Of a DNA stretch of 64,000 nt, positions 11,593 to 22,661 are shown piece by piece; positions within the stretch are counted from its first letter, which is position 1, and each line of letters begins with the position of its first letter. A model generated the notes under the pieces. It was given only the letters and a program-made list of their open reading frames with translations. It made no database searches and had not been told where the DNA came from. The DNA comes from Gekko japonicus. Its lineage: Eukaryota. A program made the translations under genes and the position numbers. The stretch spans positions 47,296 through 111,295 of the forward strand of contig NW_015172097.1 of NCBI RefSeq assembly GCF_001447785.1, read 5' to 3'.

Positions 11593-11761
11593 CATCATTA
11601 TTAGGGATTTTTCAAGAGGAAAACAAAGATATGTTGCATAAAAATCGAATAGGCTCCCTTCCCTCTAACTCAAAATTTGAAATAGGACGGGGCAACAAGC
11701 CTTTGTGTTGAATCCTGACACAGGCAGTGTGTAATGAGGCAGTGATGAAGCAGATAACTTT
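11593..11761. repeat. unclassified ~175-bp element, copy 2
   Basis: Shares ordered identical blocks with 4079-4260; followed by a (GA)n microsatellite at ~11770-11800. Confidence 0.85.
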
Positions 11762-11766
11762 GGCTG

Positions 11767-11803
<37 letters not shown>

Positions 11804-12463
11804 GTTCCAATTAACCACAACCTATGACATATGTATTCATTAACCTATACATTGATTCTTATTTATATTGCACTCTCTCAACCTCTCTCAACCAATAGTT
11901 CCCAAGGCACTGATCTCCAATAATACAGTTCCTGTAAAAACCAATAAAACACCATAAAAACAAAAAAAATAATAAATCCTGAAAAGCAGGGTCAATAGAT
12001 ACAACAATATCAATGCCATCAATAGCTAGCAGAAAACAGTCACAATAAATATATGTGGCTATAGTTCATGGGTAATTGAATGTTACATCTTCAGCCAAAA
12101 AGGAACTACTTTAAATCTTACAACTCCAAAAGTGGGGGTTTGCTTCTAACTATTAAATACAGTACCTCCCCTAGGGTGACTTCTGGATAGGAGATTCTAC
12201 ATCAGAAATCCTTTTTAAAAGGAGGATTCAAAAAGAAAGCTCGCAGAACCGGCACAGATGCCAAAGAAGTCATTGTATTACAAGCCAAAGAGGAATAACC
12301 CAGATATCCCCAAACAAGAGATGACTCTCCAGAGAGTGCCCTTGAATTTTTCCCTGATGGCAAAGAGACAGTCTCCTTACAAGCTGTACAGAGTTCACCA
12401 TGATATGCGCTTTACTTCTCAGGTCAGTTCATGTTTTCCCTCTTGCCACCAAAAAATAAAATG

Positions 12464-12621
12464 ATCTCTAGGAGTTATATGTGGCAATTGTTCCTGGGAA
12501 CAAGCATGTGAAATGCCTGTGGCAGCAGAACAGCTTTCTGAGTCCCTCACTGCCCCGACATTTCACTGCCAATTCACATACTTGTTCCCTGGAACGATTG
12601 CCACATATAACTCCTAGAGAT
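12464..12621. mobile_element. palindromic MITE with ~45-bp inverted arms (duplicate at ~14587-14744)
   Basis: ATCTCTAGGAGTTATATGTGGCAAT...ATTGCCACATATAACTCCTAGAGAT. Confidence 0.7.
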
Positions 12622-13002
12622 TTGGGTGGGTGGGGGTCATATACCCTCTAAAAGGGTTATAATTGAAAAGAGAAAGGGTGAGTTATTCAACTGCATGTTG
12701 CTTTTAAAGACAGGAACAAGTGCTGCTCTTCCCCCCCCCCCCCAAGTCATGTCATCATAACAGTCACCGCTGGGATGTGAAAAGCGTCTTGAACGGAGCT
12801 CATTGAGTAGGAAATCATTTATGCACATTTCATAGGAGAGCGGCATGGTCGGACTTTGACGTGGCACAAGTACACATACTCAGATCAAATCATTTCACTT
12901 CTTTAAAAAGATGGGAAATGCTACATAGCTCCTAACACGTGGTATTACACCTTCGATCTTCCTCACTCAGCCTCTGACTGGGAAATATTCCTGAACCCCA
13001 AC

Positions 13003-13207
13003 CAATGCTCCCTCTAAGCTGTGGAGTCTTGTGAGCAAAAATTCTACTTTGTGAGCTACGGGCATTAAAGTTGTGAGTGAGCAGTTTTGCTACTGCATAA
13101 ATTAGTTTGCTCTGGAGCCATCCTTCCTGAGCTAAGAAAAAATGTGTGAGCTGGAGGCTAGAAAAATGAGAGTTAGCTCACACTAACGCAACTTAGAGGG
13201 AACACTG
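13003..13207 (-). mobile_element. hAT MITE (duplicate at 15146-15330 with an internal deletion)
   Basis: TIRs; TSD ACCCCAAC/TCCCCAAC. Confidence 0.85.
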
Positions 13208-16200
13208 TCCCCAACCAGTATCCCGCCAGACAGAACCCTCACCGTGTAAGCAGGGGATAAAGGGCACCCTAGTTTAAGGGATGCAAATCATATGTTTTAG
13301 AGATGCCTGAAGCACTCTTGCCATCCCAGCCATACACCACTCAGAGCGTTGCCTGCTTAAAGATTAATCCATGTCCCCAGAACTGCTAATAGTACGTACC
13401 AACGAATTTGAGCTGTTGTGTCACTGTTCAGAAACCTATTGGATAAAGATTGTGACATCACTGATGACAACTGACATGCTTTCCCTATCATCAAGAAATG
13501 CACTAGACTATTCTTCATTATTGTACCACAATTTTAACAATTTTATTTTTATTTTGAAAATTGTCCCTCACAATCCCTCTGGCACTAGAGCACACACTCT
13601 AGAAGCGAGGGGAAGAATCACATTGCTTCTAGTGATATCACAATGGTAGCCTAAAGGGAGCAAGTCACTCTCAAGCCCTCCCAAGTATGATCATCTGTAC
13701 AAATACATGCATTTGAAAAGAAGTGAGCTTCTTAAAGAACGTACTTTGATTAAAGAACTCTGATGTGCATTGTCTTTCATTCAAATTAATGAGTGGCCTT
13801 TAAAGGATACACTCCTCAATCACACCAAATTATTTATCAACCTTGAGATGCTGTGCGCATACTGGTATTGAGACAACTGAGACAGTAAAATTCAAAGTGT
13901 CCAGAATCACAAACAATAATGTGTAATATCTTTCTATTAGAACCAACTAGAAGTATCGCAAAATTAGTAAACAAGCTTTCCAGTAGCTCAGATCACTACA
14001 TGTGGCTGGCTGTTTAATATGGAAAAAGGAAGGAACAAACTGTAGCCTTCTTGTAATGGGAACCAAGGAGATGTTGCAAACTTATATAGGGAACATATCA
14101 ATTGTCACAGATCATATTAATTTCAATTTATTTTGCTTAATTTCACTCTTTCTGCATCTCACTTGGTAATTTGACTGCAGAGCATCAGTTGGAAGAAAAG
14201 CAAAATAAAAACTATCCCCCGCCCCTCAAAAAACAAACCTACTTCCTCTGACAGTGGAATTTGTTTTAAGCCACTAAATAAATGTGCATGCTTTCTTGGG
14301 GGAAAATAATATAGTAGTGATCAGTGTTCCCTCTAATCTGAGTTAGTGTGAGCTAGCTCACAGTTTTTTAGCCTCCAGCTCACACATTTTTGTCTTCGCT
14401 CAGGAAGGAAAAGAGGAATAACCCAGATATCCCCAAACAAGAGATGACTCTCCAGAGAGTGCCCTTGAATTTTTCCCTGATGGCAAAGAGACAGTCTCCT
14501 TACAAGCTGTACAGAGTTCACCATGATATGCGCTTTACTTCTCAGGTCAGTTCATGTTTTCCCTCTTGCCACCAAAAAATAAAATGATCTCTAGGAGTTA
14601 TATGTGGCAATTGTTCCTGGGAACAAGCATGTGAAATGCCTGTGGCAGCAGAACAGCTTTCTGAGTCCCTCACTGCCCCGACATTTCACTGCCAATTCAC
14701 ATACTTGTTCCCTGGAACGATTGCCACATATAACTCCTAGAGATTTGGGTGGGTGGGGGTCATATACCCTCTAAAAGGGTTATAATCGAAAAGAGAAAGG
14801 GTGAGTTATTCAACTGCATGTTGCTTTTAAAGACAGGAACAAGTGCTGCTCTTCCCCCCCCCCCCAAGCCATGTCCCCCCCCCCCCAAGTCATGTCATCA
14901 TAACAGTCACCGCTGGGATGTGAAAAGCGTCTTGAACGGAGCTCATTGAGTAGGAAATCATTTATGCACATTTCATAGGAGAGCGGCATGGTCGGACTTT
15001 GACGTGGCACAAGTACACATACTCAGATCAAATCATTTCACTTCTTTAAAAAGATGGGAAATGCTACATAGCTCCTAACACGTGGTATTACACCTTCGAT
15101 CTTCCTCACTCAGCCTCTGACTGGGAAATATTCCTGAACCCCAACCAATGCTCCCTCTAAGCTGTGGAGTCTTGTGAGCAAAAATTCTACTTTGTGAGCT
15201 AGGGGCATTAAGGTTCTGCATAAATTAGTTTGCTCTGGAGCCATCCTTCCTGAGCTAAGAAAAAATGTGTGAGCTGGAGGCTAGAAAACTGTGAGTTAGC
15301 TCACACTAACGCAACTTAGAGGGAACACTGTCCCCAACCAGTATCCCGCCAGACAGAACCCTCACTGTGTAAGCAGGGGATAAAGGGCACCCTAGTTTAA
15401 GGGATGCAAATCATATGTTTTAGAGATGCCTGAAGCACTCTTGCCATCCCAGCCATACACCACTCAGAGCGTTGCCTGCTTAAAGATTAATCCATGTCCC
15501 CAGAACCGCTTAGAGTACCAACGAATTTGAGCTGTTGTGTCACTGTTCAGAAACCTATTGGATAAAGATTGTGACATCACTGATGACAACTGACATGCTT
15601 TCCCTATCATCAGGAAATGCACTAGACTATTCTCCATTATTGTACCACAATTTTAACAATTTTATTTTTATTTTGAAAATTGTCCCTCACAATCCCTCTG
15701 GCACTAGAGCACACACTCTAGAAGCGAGGGGAAGAATCACATTGCTTCTAGTGATATCACAATGGTAGCCTAAAGGGAGCAAGTCACTCTCAAGCCCTCC
15801 CAAGTATGATCATCTGTACAAATCAACATGCATTTGAAAAGAAGTGAGCTTCTTAAAGAACGTACTTTGATTAAAGAACTCTGATGTGCATTGTCTTTCA
15901 TTCAAATTAATGAGTGGCCTTTAAAGGATACACTCCTCAATCACACCAAATTATTTATCAACCTTGAGATGCTGTGCGCATACTGGTATTGAGACAACTG
16001 AGACAGTAAAATTCAAAGTGTCCAGAATCACAAACAATAATGTGTAATATCTTTCTATTAGAACCAACTAGAAGTATCGCAAAATTAGTAAACAAGCTTT
16101 CCAGTAGCTCAGATCACTACATGTGGCTGGCTGTTTAATATGGAAAAAGGAAGGAACAAACTGTAGCCTTCTTGTAATGGGAACCAAGGAGATGTTGCAA

Positions 16201-16442
16201 ACTTATATAGGGAACATATCAATTGTCACAGATCATATTAATTTCAATTTATTTTGCTTAATTTCACTCTTTCTGCATCTCACTTGGTAATTTGACTGCA
16301 GAGCATCAGTTGGAAGAAAAGCAAAATAAAAACTATCCCCCGCCCCTCAAAAAACAAACCTACTTCCTCTGACAGTGGAATTTGTTTTAAGCCACTAAAT
16401 AAATGTGCATGCTTTCTTGGGGGAAAATAATATAGTAATGAT

Positions 16443-16648
16443 CAGTGTTCCCTCTAATCTGAGTTAGTGTGAGCTAGCTCACAGTTTTTAGCCTCCAGCT
16501 CACACATTTTTGTCTTCGCTCAGGAAGGATGGCTCCAGAGCAAACTAATTTATGCAGTAGCCAAATCACGTGCTCACAACTTTAATGCCAGTAGCTCACA
16601 AAGTAGAATTTTTGCTTGCAAGATTCCAGCAGCTTAGCGGGAGCATTG
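16443..16648 (+). mobile_element. hAT MITE (truncated twin at 14322-14409)
   Basis: TIRs; TSD GTAATGAT/GTAGTGAT. Confidence 0.85.
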
Positions 16649-17804
16649 GTAGTGATACCTAATTTTTAAAACTGTGGAATCATTAGCCATTCTATTTCTG
16701 GAAAAACAAAAATTATCATTTGGCTATAACAAGTTATGCCTCCTATGATGCAGATCTGCCTTTCTGCCTATAGTTTAGGAGGAAGAATGTTGCACCTCTC
16801 CTAGCCACTGCTTCTCCCCTCATGATTCTATACCAGCTTTTGAACGTGTTCCAGTTGCTTTGGAGTAAATGCATCACCCTGCTAAACTATAGGCCTAACC
16901 TACTCCACAGGGTTGTTGAGAGGATAAAATGAAGAAGGGGAGAACAATGCAAGTAGTTATGACGTAAACCATAGGCAAAAGGAGAGAGATCCAAGCAAAC
17001 CTAACAGATTATTGGAGGGGAGTGAAACTGACTAGAAGTGGCAGGGTGGCTTCCCTTTCCTTCCCCAGCCTCTCCACTGCTGCGGGGTGGGGGAGAAAAC
17101 AGAAGGCATGCCTTCTCTCTCTTTCCTTCACTACCCCACACACTGTTGGATAATCTAATTAAGCTCCCCGCTCCCCCGCTCCAGCGCCCCAGCCCCTGCC
17201 CCACCAGCCAAAACTTTCCGGCTAGGGGACTGCATCCAAGTGTACAATGATGTGTTTTATATGGTTCCCTCCTCTTCCCCCAGGCTTCTCTGCAACAACA
17301 GCCAGGAAGCTTGTGGCTGCTTTGGAGCTTCTTTCATACAAGTCACAGTCATGAAAGCTGTACCACAGTCACAAAGCACATATTACGTAGTATAAAGCCA
17401 AATGTAATGCATTTAGAAAAACTGCCAGCACACATCCTTCAATCTGCATGTTATGATTTCTTTTCTGTAACATCGTGTCCATTCTTCATTCTACATAACT
17501 ACTGTATTTACTTGAAAGGAAGATCACCCCAAATGTAAGATGTCATACACCAAACAGTTTTATAACTGGACGTAACTATAATATCGGTAAATGTAAGACA
17601 GTGTTCTCTCTTTTCTGATGGCATCCCTGTGGAGAAAAACCCCCTAATTTTACATTTGAGTAAATACTGCACTTTTTTATTACAGCAACTGAGGATATCT
17701 AATGTGCTTTAAAAAAAAAATAAAAACAAATCTATTTTTGGTGCCTTCCCTTACACAAACTCTTTACTGGCTATTCCAAGCTAGTGTATCTGCAGGGCAA
17801 TCCT

Positions 17805-18435
17805 TTTTTTTTTTTTTTGAAAGTTTTATTTATTATTTTACAAAGTATATTCATACATATACTGAAATTTGTATACATGTAACTTAAGGGAGCCTATTGC
17901 TTATTCTTTTCCTTTATCCATTTATATATCTTCGCCCATCTTTCCTGAAATATTTTATCATCTTTTCCTTGCAGTATTACACTCAGTTTGTCCATTTCTG
18001 CCACTTCCAAGAGTTTCATAGCTAATTCCTTTCTCGTTGGTATCTTCTCTTGTTTCCAATATTTCGCTATTAAAATTCTAGCTGCTGTGAGAATATGTCA
18101 GTACATTTACATCATTTTCTTTATATTCCTTGGGAATTATATTTAACAAATAAATCTCTGGACATGGTTTTAAATTGATATGTAACATTTCCGTTATTAT
18201 ATTACTGACATTTTGCCAAAATCTGTAGATTTTTCCACATTTCCACCACATGTGGAAGAAAGTACCTACGTTCGCTTTACATCTCCAACAGTTTTTATTT
18301 GATGTTTGATATGCTTTCGCCATCTTTTCTGGTGTCCAATACCACCTATGAAACATTTTGAATATATTTTCTTTAAACATTACTGCTCTCATTAGTTTCA
18401 TTGTTTTCCATATTTTTTGCCAATCCTCAGTTTGG
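17805..18435 (-). mobile_element. 5'-truncated L1 LINE (ORF2 C-terminal CCHC region and poly-A)
   Basis: ORF contains HRWYWTP...CWRC...GTFFHMWWKC. Poly-T on the + strand at ~17804-17818. 17-bp TSD ATCTGCAGGGCAATCCT at 17788-17804 / 18436-18452. Confidence 0.92.
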
Positions 18436-18805
18436 ATCTGCAGGGCAATCCTAAACAGAGTTATACTTTTCTTTGTCTTGTAAATCAATAGGCTTAGGAG
18501 GGTATCACTCTCTTTAGGATTGTGCAGTCAGTGATGTTTTGTTATATGTGCTAAATATTGCCACTTTCTACTGTCCTGCCCCACCCAATTTGAATGCTTC
18601 ACAGAGCCAGATCTGAGTTCCCCTTCACAACTATTTAGCTATACAGCCCTTCTGAGAAGCACTAGCATGGAAGATTAGGGAAAGGTGGATTCCAGTCAAT
18701 TCCACTTCACTCCTAGTGCAGAGAATGCTGAACAAAGCAGTGAGGAGCTCCCAAACGAGAGTAAAGAATGGAAATACACCAAAATAAACAGTGATAAATA
18801 CTTAC

Positions 18806-18905
18806 CTTCCACTGTATATACCAGTGCACAGGGCATACAACTCAAAACTTTCCCATCTTACAGATTTGCCATATGACACCATGCATGAATGGAAGTCTTT
18901 GTAAC
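18806..18905 (-). other. candidate 100-nt internal exon of an unidentified host gene
   Basis: Minus strand has branch-like CTAAC, TTTCTTTGTAAAAGCAG| acceptor and consensus donor AAG|GTAAGT. One open frame (xYKDFHSCMVSYGKSVRWESFELYALCTGIYSG) that I do not recognise. Confidence 0.4.
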
Positions 18906-19635
18906 CTGCTTTTACAAAGAAAGTTAGACTACTGAATACATCAAATTGGAAAGAATATACAGAGAGTGAAGTTAATATAGTGAATGCAGACACCAGACAA
19001 TTTGCAGCAAAATGGCCTACAGCACATGTATATGTAAAAGATTTCAAAACCAAGCTAAAAATAAATCTGATATTTGTATGAGTGGGAAAACATGAGAATT
19101 TTCATCAAAGAGAACTGGCAGACCATATATACTGTTTGAAAGAGGAGGTTATTCACACTTTGTGTGCTGCTGAAATGCAACTCACAAAGCAATGAACACT
19201 CAAGAAGGCTCAATGGAAATTAGAGTGCATGTTTACTGATTTGCTGTCTTGGGATTACAACTCCTTAACTCTCTTTCCTCTGTATTGTTTACACAAGGGT
19301 TAACCAGAGTCTAAGATATAATACAAGTAATGAAATAGACCCTGAATGCTAACATGCCAGCCTCCTAGATTTTGGTCAAAACCAAGGCTGCCCCCAGTAA
19401 ACAAAGGCTAAAAATTGCCTTTGTTTGCATTTAGATCGGGTTTTAAAATCTTACAGATCTAGACCAAAAATAAACAGGGAGACTTGTGGCACTGTACAAG
19501 TAAATACAAGTTAATTCCAGCATAAATGTTTGTGGTATACAGCCTACTTCTTCTGATGCTTCTACAAGATGTTTTGCCACAAGACTCCTGGTTATTCTTG
19601 CTTCAACTGACATGGCTTCCTATTTAGATACAGAC

Positions 19636-20950
19636 TAGGGGTGGGCCCAAAATGACTCATGAAGTAAAGTTCATCACGGATTCTGGGCAGTTAGGTTCAC
19701 GAAGTGATGTTCGTGGAACAGTGTCCAGCATGAACATTTCATGAACTATGGTGCTCTTTGTGGCGGTTTGTGAATGGATACATTTCCAGACAGACTATCT
19801 CCACTCAATTAAACTGTTAACAAAACTCCAAGGCAACAGGGGAAAGAATTCTCCAGCCTTGGAAACATCAATAGGAGTCCTCCAAAGCTTAACAGGCACT
19901 GCTGACTGCCAGTAACAGAGTTCCCATTGTCCTCTATGGAATCAGAAAGCTATATTATATGCTGAAGCTCAGCTCCACATGCTCTTGTCTGTCGTCTGTT
20001 CACAGTTACACAGAGAGGCAGGGAACCTGTTAAAAGCAGAGCATATTCCCTCCTGATTGTCAACTCCTCTCTCCTGCTGGGGTTTGGGTGTTAGTTGGAC
20101 TCAAGGCTCTGAGTGTCCCCCTCTCTCTGCTCACGTCGAGCACTGGGGCTTAGCTACTGGGTGACATGGTTGAGTGAGGACCCATGTTTATGTCCTTCTG
20201 GTTGTGAACTTCTCTCCCTCCTGGGGTTTGGGTATTAGGTGGACTCAGGGCTCTGAGCCACAGTGTCTCTCTGCTCATGCCAAGTGGAGCTTAGCTACTG
20301 GGTGCCTTGACTGAGTGAGGAACCACATTTTACACCCTCCTGGTTGTGAACTTCTCTTTCTCCTGGGATTTGGGTGTTAAGTGGACTAAGGGCTGTGAGC
20401 CACATTGTCTCTCTGCTCATGCCAAGCAGGGTAGTTTAGCTACTGGGTGCCTTCCCTGAGTGGGGACCCACATTTTATACCCTCCTGATTGTGAACTTCC
20501 TCCTCCTGGGGTTTGAATCTTAGGTGGATTCAGGGTTCTGAGCCACCCTGTCTCTCTGTTCACACCAAGTAGTGAAGCTTAGCTACTAGATGCCTTGGAT
20601 GAGTAAGGACCCCTGTTGGCATTTTGGTATTAAGTGGACTGAGGGCTCTGAGCCAGAGTGTCTCTCTGCTCACACCAAGCAGTGGGGCTTAGCTACTGGA
20701 TGCCTTGGCTGACTAAGGACCCATGTTTTACACTCTCCTGATGGTGAACTTCTCTCCCTTGCTGGCGTTTGAAAGTTAGACTCAGGTCTCATAATAGCCA
20801 CACAAGAGAGGTTGGGCCAGATGACACCCTTGCATGACCAGTACTCCAGGGTATTGGTGTCAGCAGTCTCAGGGGACTTGGCAAGGTACTGCTGCCCCAT
20901 CACCTCTGCCAAATCCTCCGCCATTGCATGCCTGACATCCCCACTGCTGC
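19636..20950 (-). mobile_element. hAT transposon remnant with subterminal minisatellite
   Basis: TAGGG-type end at ~19636. Minus-strand peptide ...NTLEYWSCKGVIWPNLSCVA (20780-20924) resembles the hAT dimerization domain. Confidence 0.55.
20065..20790. repeat. ~143-bp tandem repeat, about 5 diverged units
   Basis: Recurring GGGGTTTGGGT..AGTGGACTCAGGGCTCTGAG..TCTCTCTGCTCA..TTAGCTACTGG..GTGAACTT. Confidence 0.85.
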
Positions 20951-22661
20951 TGATCTCCTATCTCATTTCCTGTCTCCAAGAAGAATTTCTCATGTACTAA
21001 TATAGCCTATTGAGATATGCCTTGTCTAACTTACCTTTATCATGCATGCACTGAAACACTACCAAACCAATGATCTATTGACACATGGCTCAGACTCTAA
21101 ACATCCTAAAGTTCCTTCAGGAGGACCACAATCATGAAACATAACATTTTTTCCTCAGATGAGTTAGTTCCTGAATAGCAAGTAAACTTCTCAGATTTTT
21201 CAAGATTGCTAGTCATCAACCAGAGCTTTGGTATCCTACTCAGCCTCTGAACCAAGAATTTACAAGGCACTGCAATTCAGTTTGGAAGGAGACAATGTAA
21301 ATATTTCAAAGGCAGTAAAACTCCCTCAAAAGCAGAAGCATTTTTCTAATACTGGTAAAGCTTTATCTTTTTGTCTTTTTGCAATCTAGTTCCATCTAGA
21401 ATTGTCTGTTCTATACACTACTGGACTAAGACAGCAAATCCCGAGGTTTCAGTCCTAACATGAGAAACTTCCCCTACTTGCCAAAAATGGAAGCCAGCCT
21501 CAGCCTGTATCACAGCAGTTGCCATCACTGCTGCTACAGTGATGTGTCTTCCAGCCACATTCCTAAGGGAGAGCATGCAATACTCTGAGAATACTTTTTA
21601 AACATTTTTTACATTACATATTACATTTATATACCGCTCTTTCCTGAAGGCTCGGAGCGGTTTACAGAGCATTGTTAGTTTCACCCTGCTCTAAAACACC
21701 ATTATTATTGAGGAACAAGATTATTACTTGAAAACTAGGAACTATATACAATCTCATACAGGACAGTAGTACATCAAGATCTCTTTCTTTCTCTCAAGAC
21801 TTTTGATCAATCTTTCAACAAGACTACAAAAAAGCAGTACTATAATAACTATATGCAAAAGATATCAGCTGTGAACTTATATTTTTCAGTTTGGTCATAC
21901 TACCTACTATATAAACCAGCACAGGTTAGAGACAAGTTGGTATCCAGCCCAGATCAATAAATATCAGGTTGATCTTGGGGTCAAGTATATAGAAAGCTGT
22001 TCACTGGGGCATAAGATTTATTTATTTATTTTATTAAACTTATAGCCCTCCTTCCCCACTTGTAGGCTCAGGGAGGGTACCAACATATATGTACCTGCAA
22101 TTAATGCAGATTTACACATTTAAAAACATATTACAATAATCAATTTAAAATCCATAAATTCATCATCCTTATTACACTACAAACAGCATTAAAACAATGT
22201 GCCTCAATGGCAGATAGTGTGGTCCCAGTCTGGTTTTTAAGATCTGCGGTCACTGGGCGGGGAGGCCTAATCAAAATGGATGCCCGCTGCCTCAATTAAA
22301 GGCCTGGTGGAAGAGCTCCATTTTGCAAGCCCTGCAGAACTGTAAAAGCTCCTGCAGGGCCCTGATCTCATACAGTAGCCCATTCCACCAGGCAGGGCCC
22401 ATGGCCGAAAAAGCCCTGGCCCTAGTTGAGGCAAGTCGGACATCCCTTGGGCCAGGGACTGCCAGGAGGTGTTGATTGGCAGAACATGATGTTCTACAAA
22501 GCTCATATGGGGAGAGGCGGTCTTGAAGATATGCAGGCCCCTGGCTGTATAGAGCTTTAAAGGTAAGCACCAACACCTTGAAACAGATCCAAAATTCAAT
22601 AGGCAGCCAATGCAGATCACGCAGCACCAGGTGGATATGTGCCTGCACAGGCAGCGACATC

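Larger units (their letters stand above)
12287..16529 (+). repeat. tandem duplication of ~2.12 kb (12287-14409 and 14410-16529)
   Basis: Near-identical copies with scattered SNPs and indels; the junction at 14409/14410 truncates a hAT MITE. Confidence 0.95.

Noticed and set aside
20065-20790. Regularly spaced repeats resembling a CRISPR array
   Set aside because: Units are contiguous diverged tandem copies without unique spacers; vertebrate context and no cas genes.
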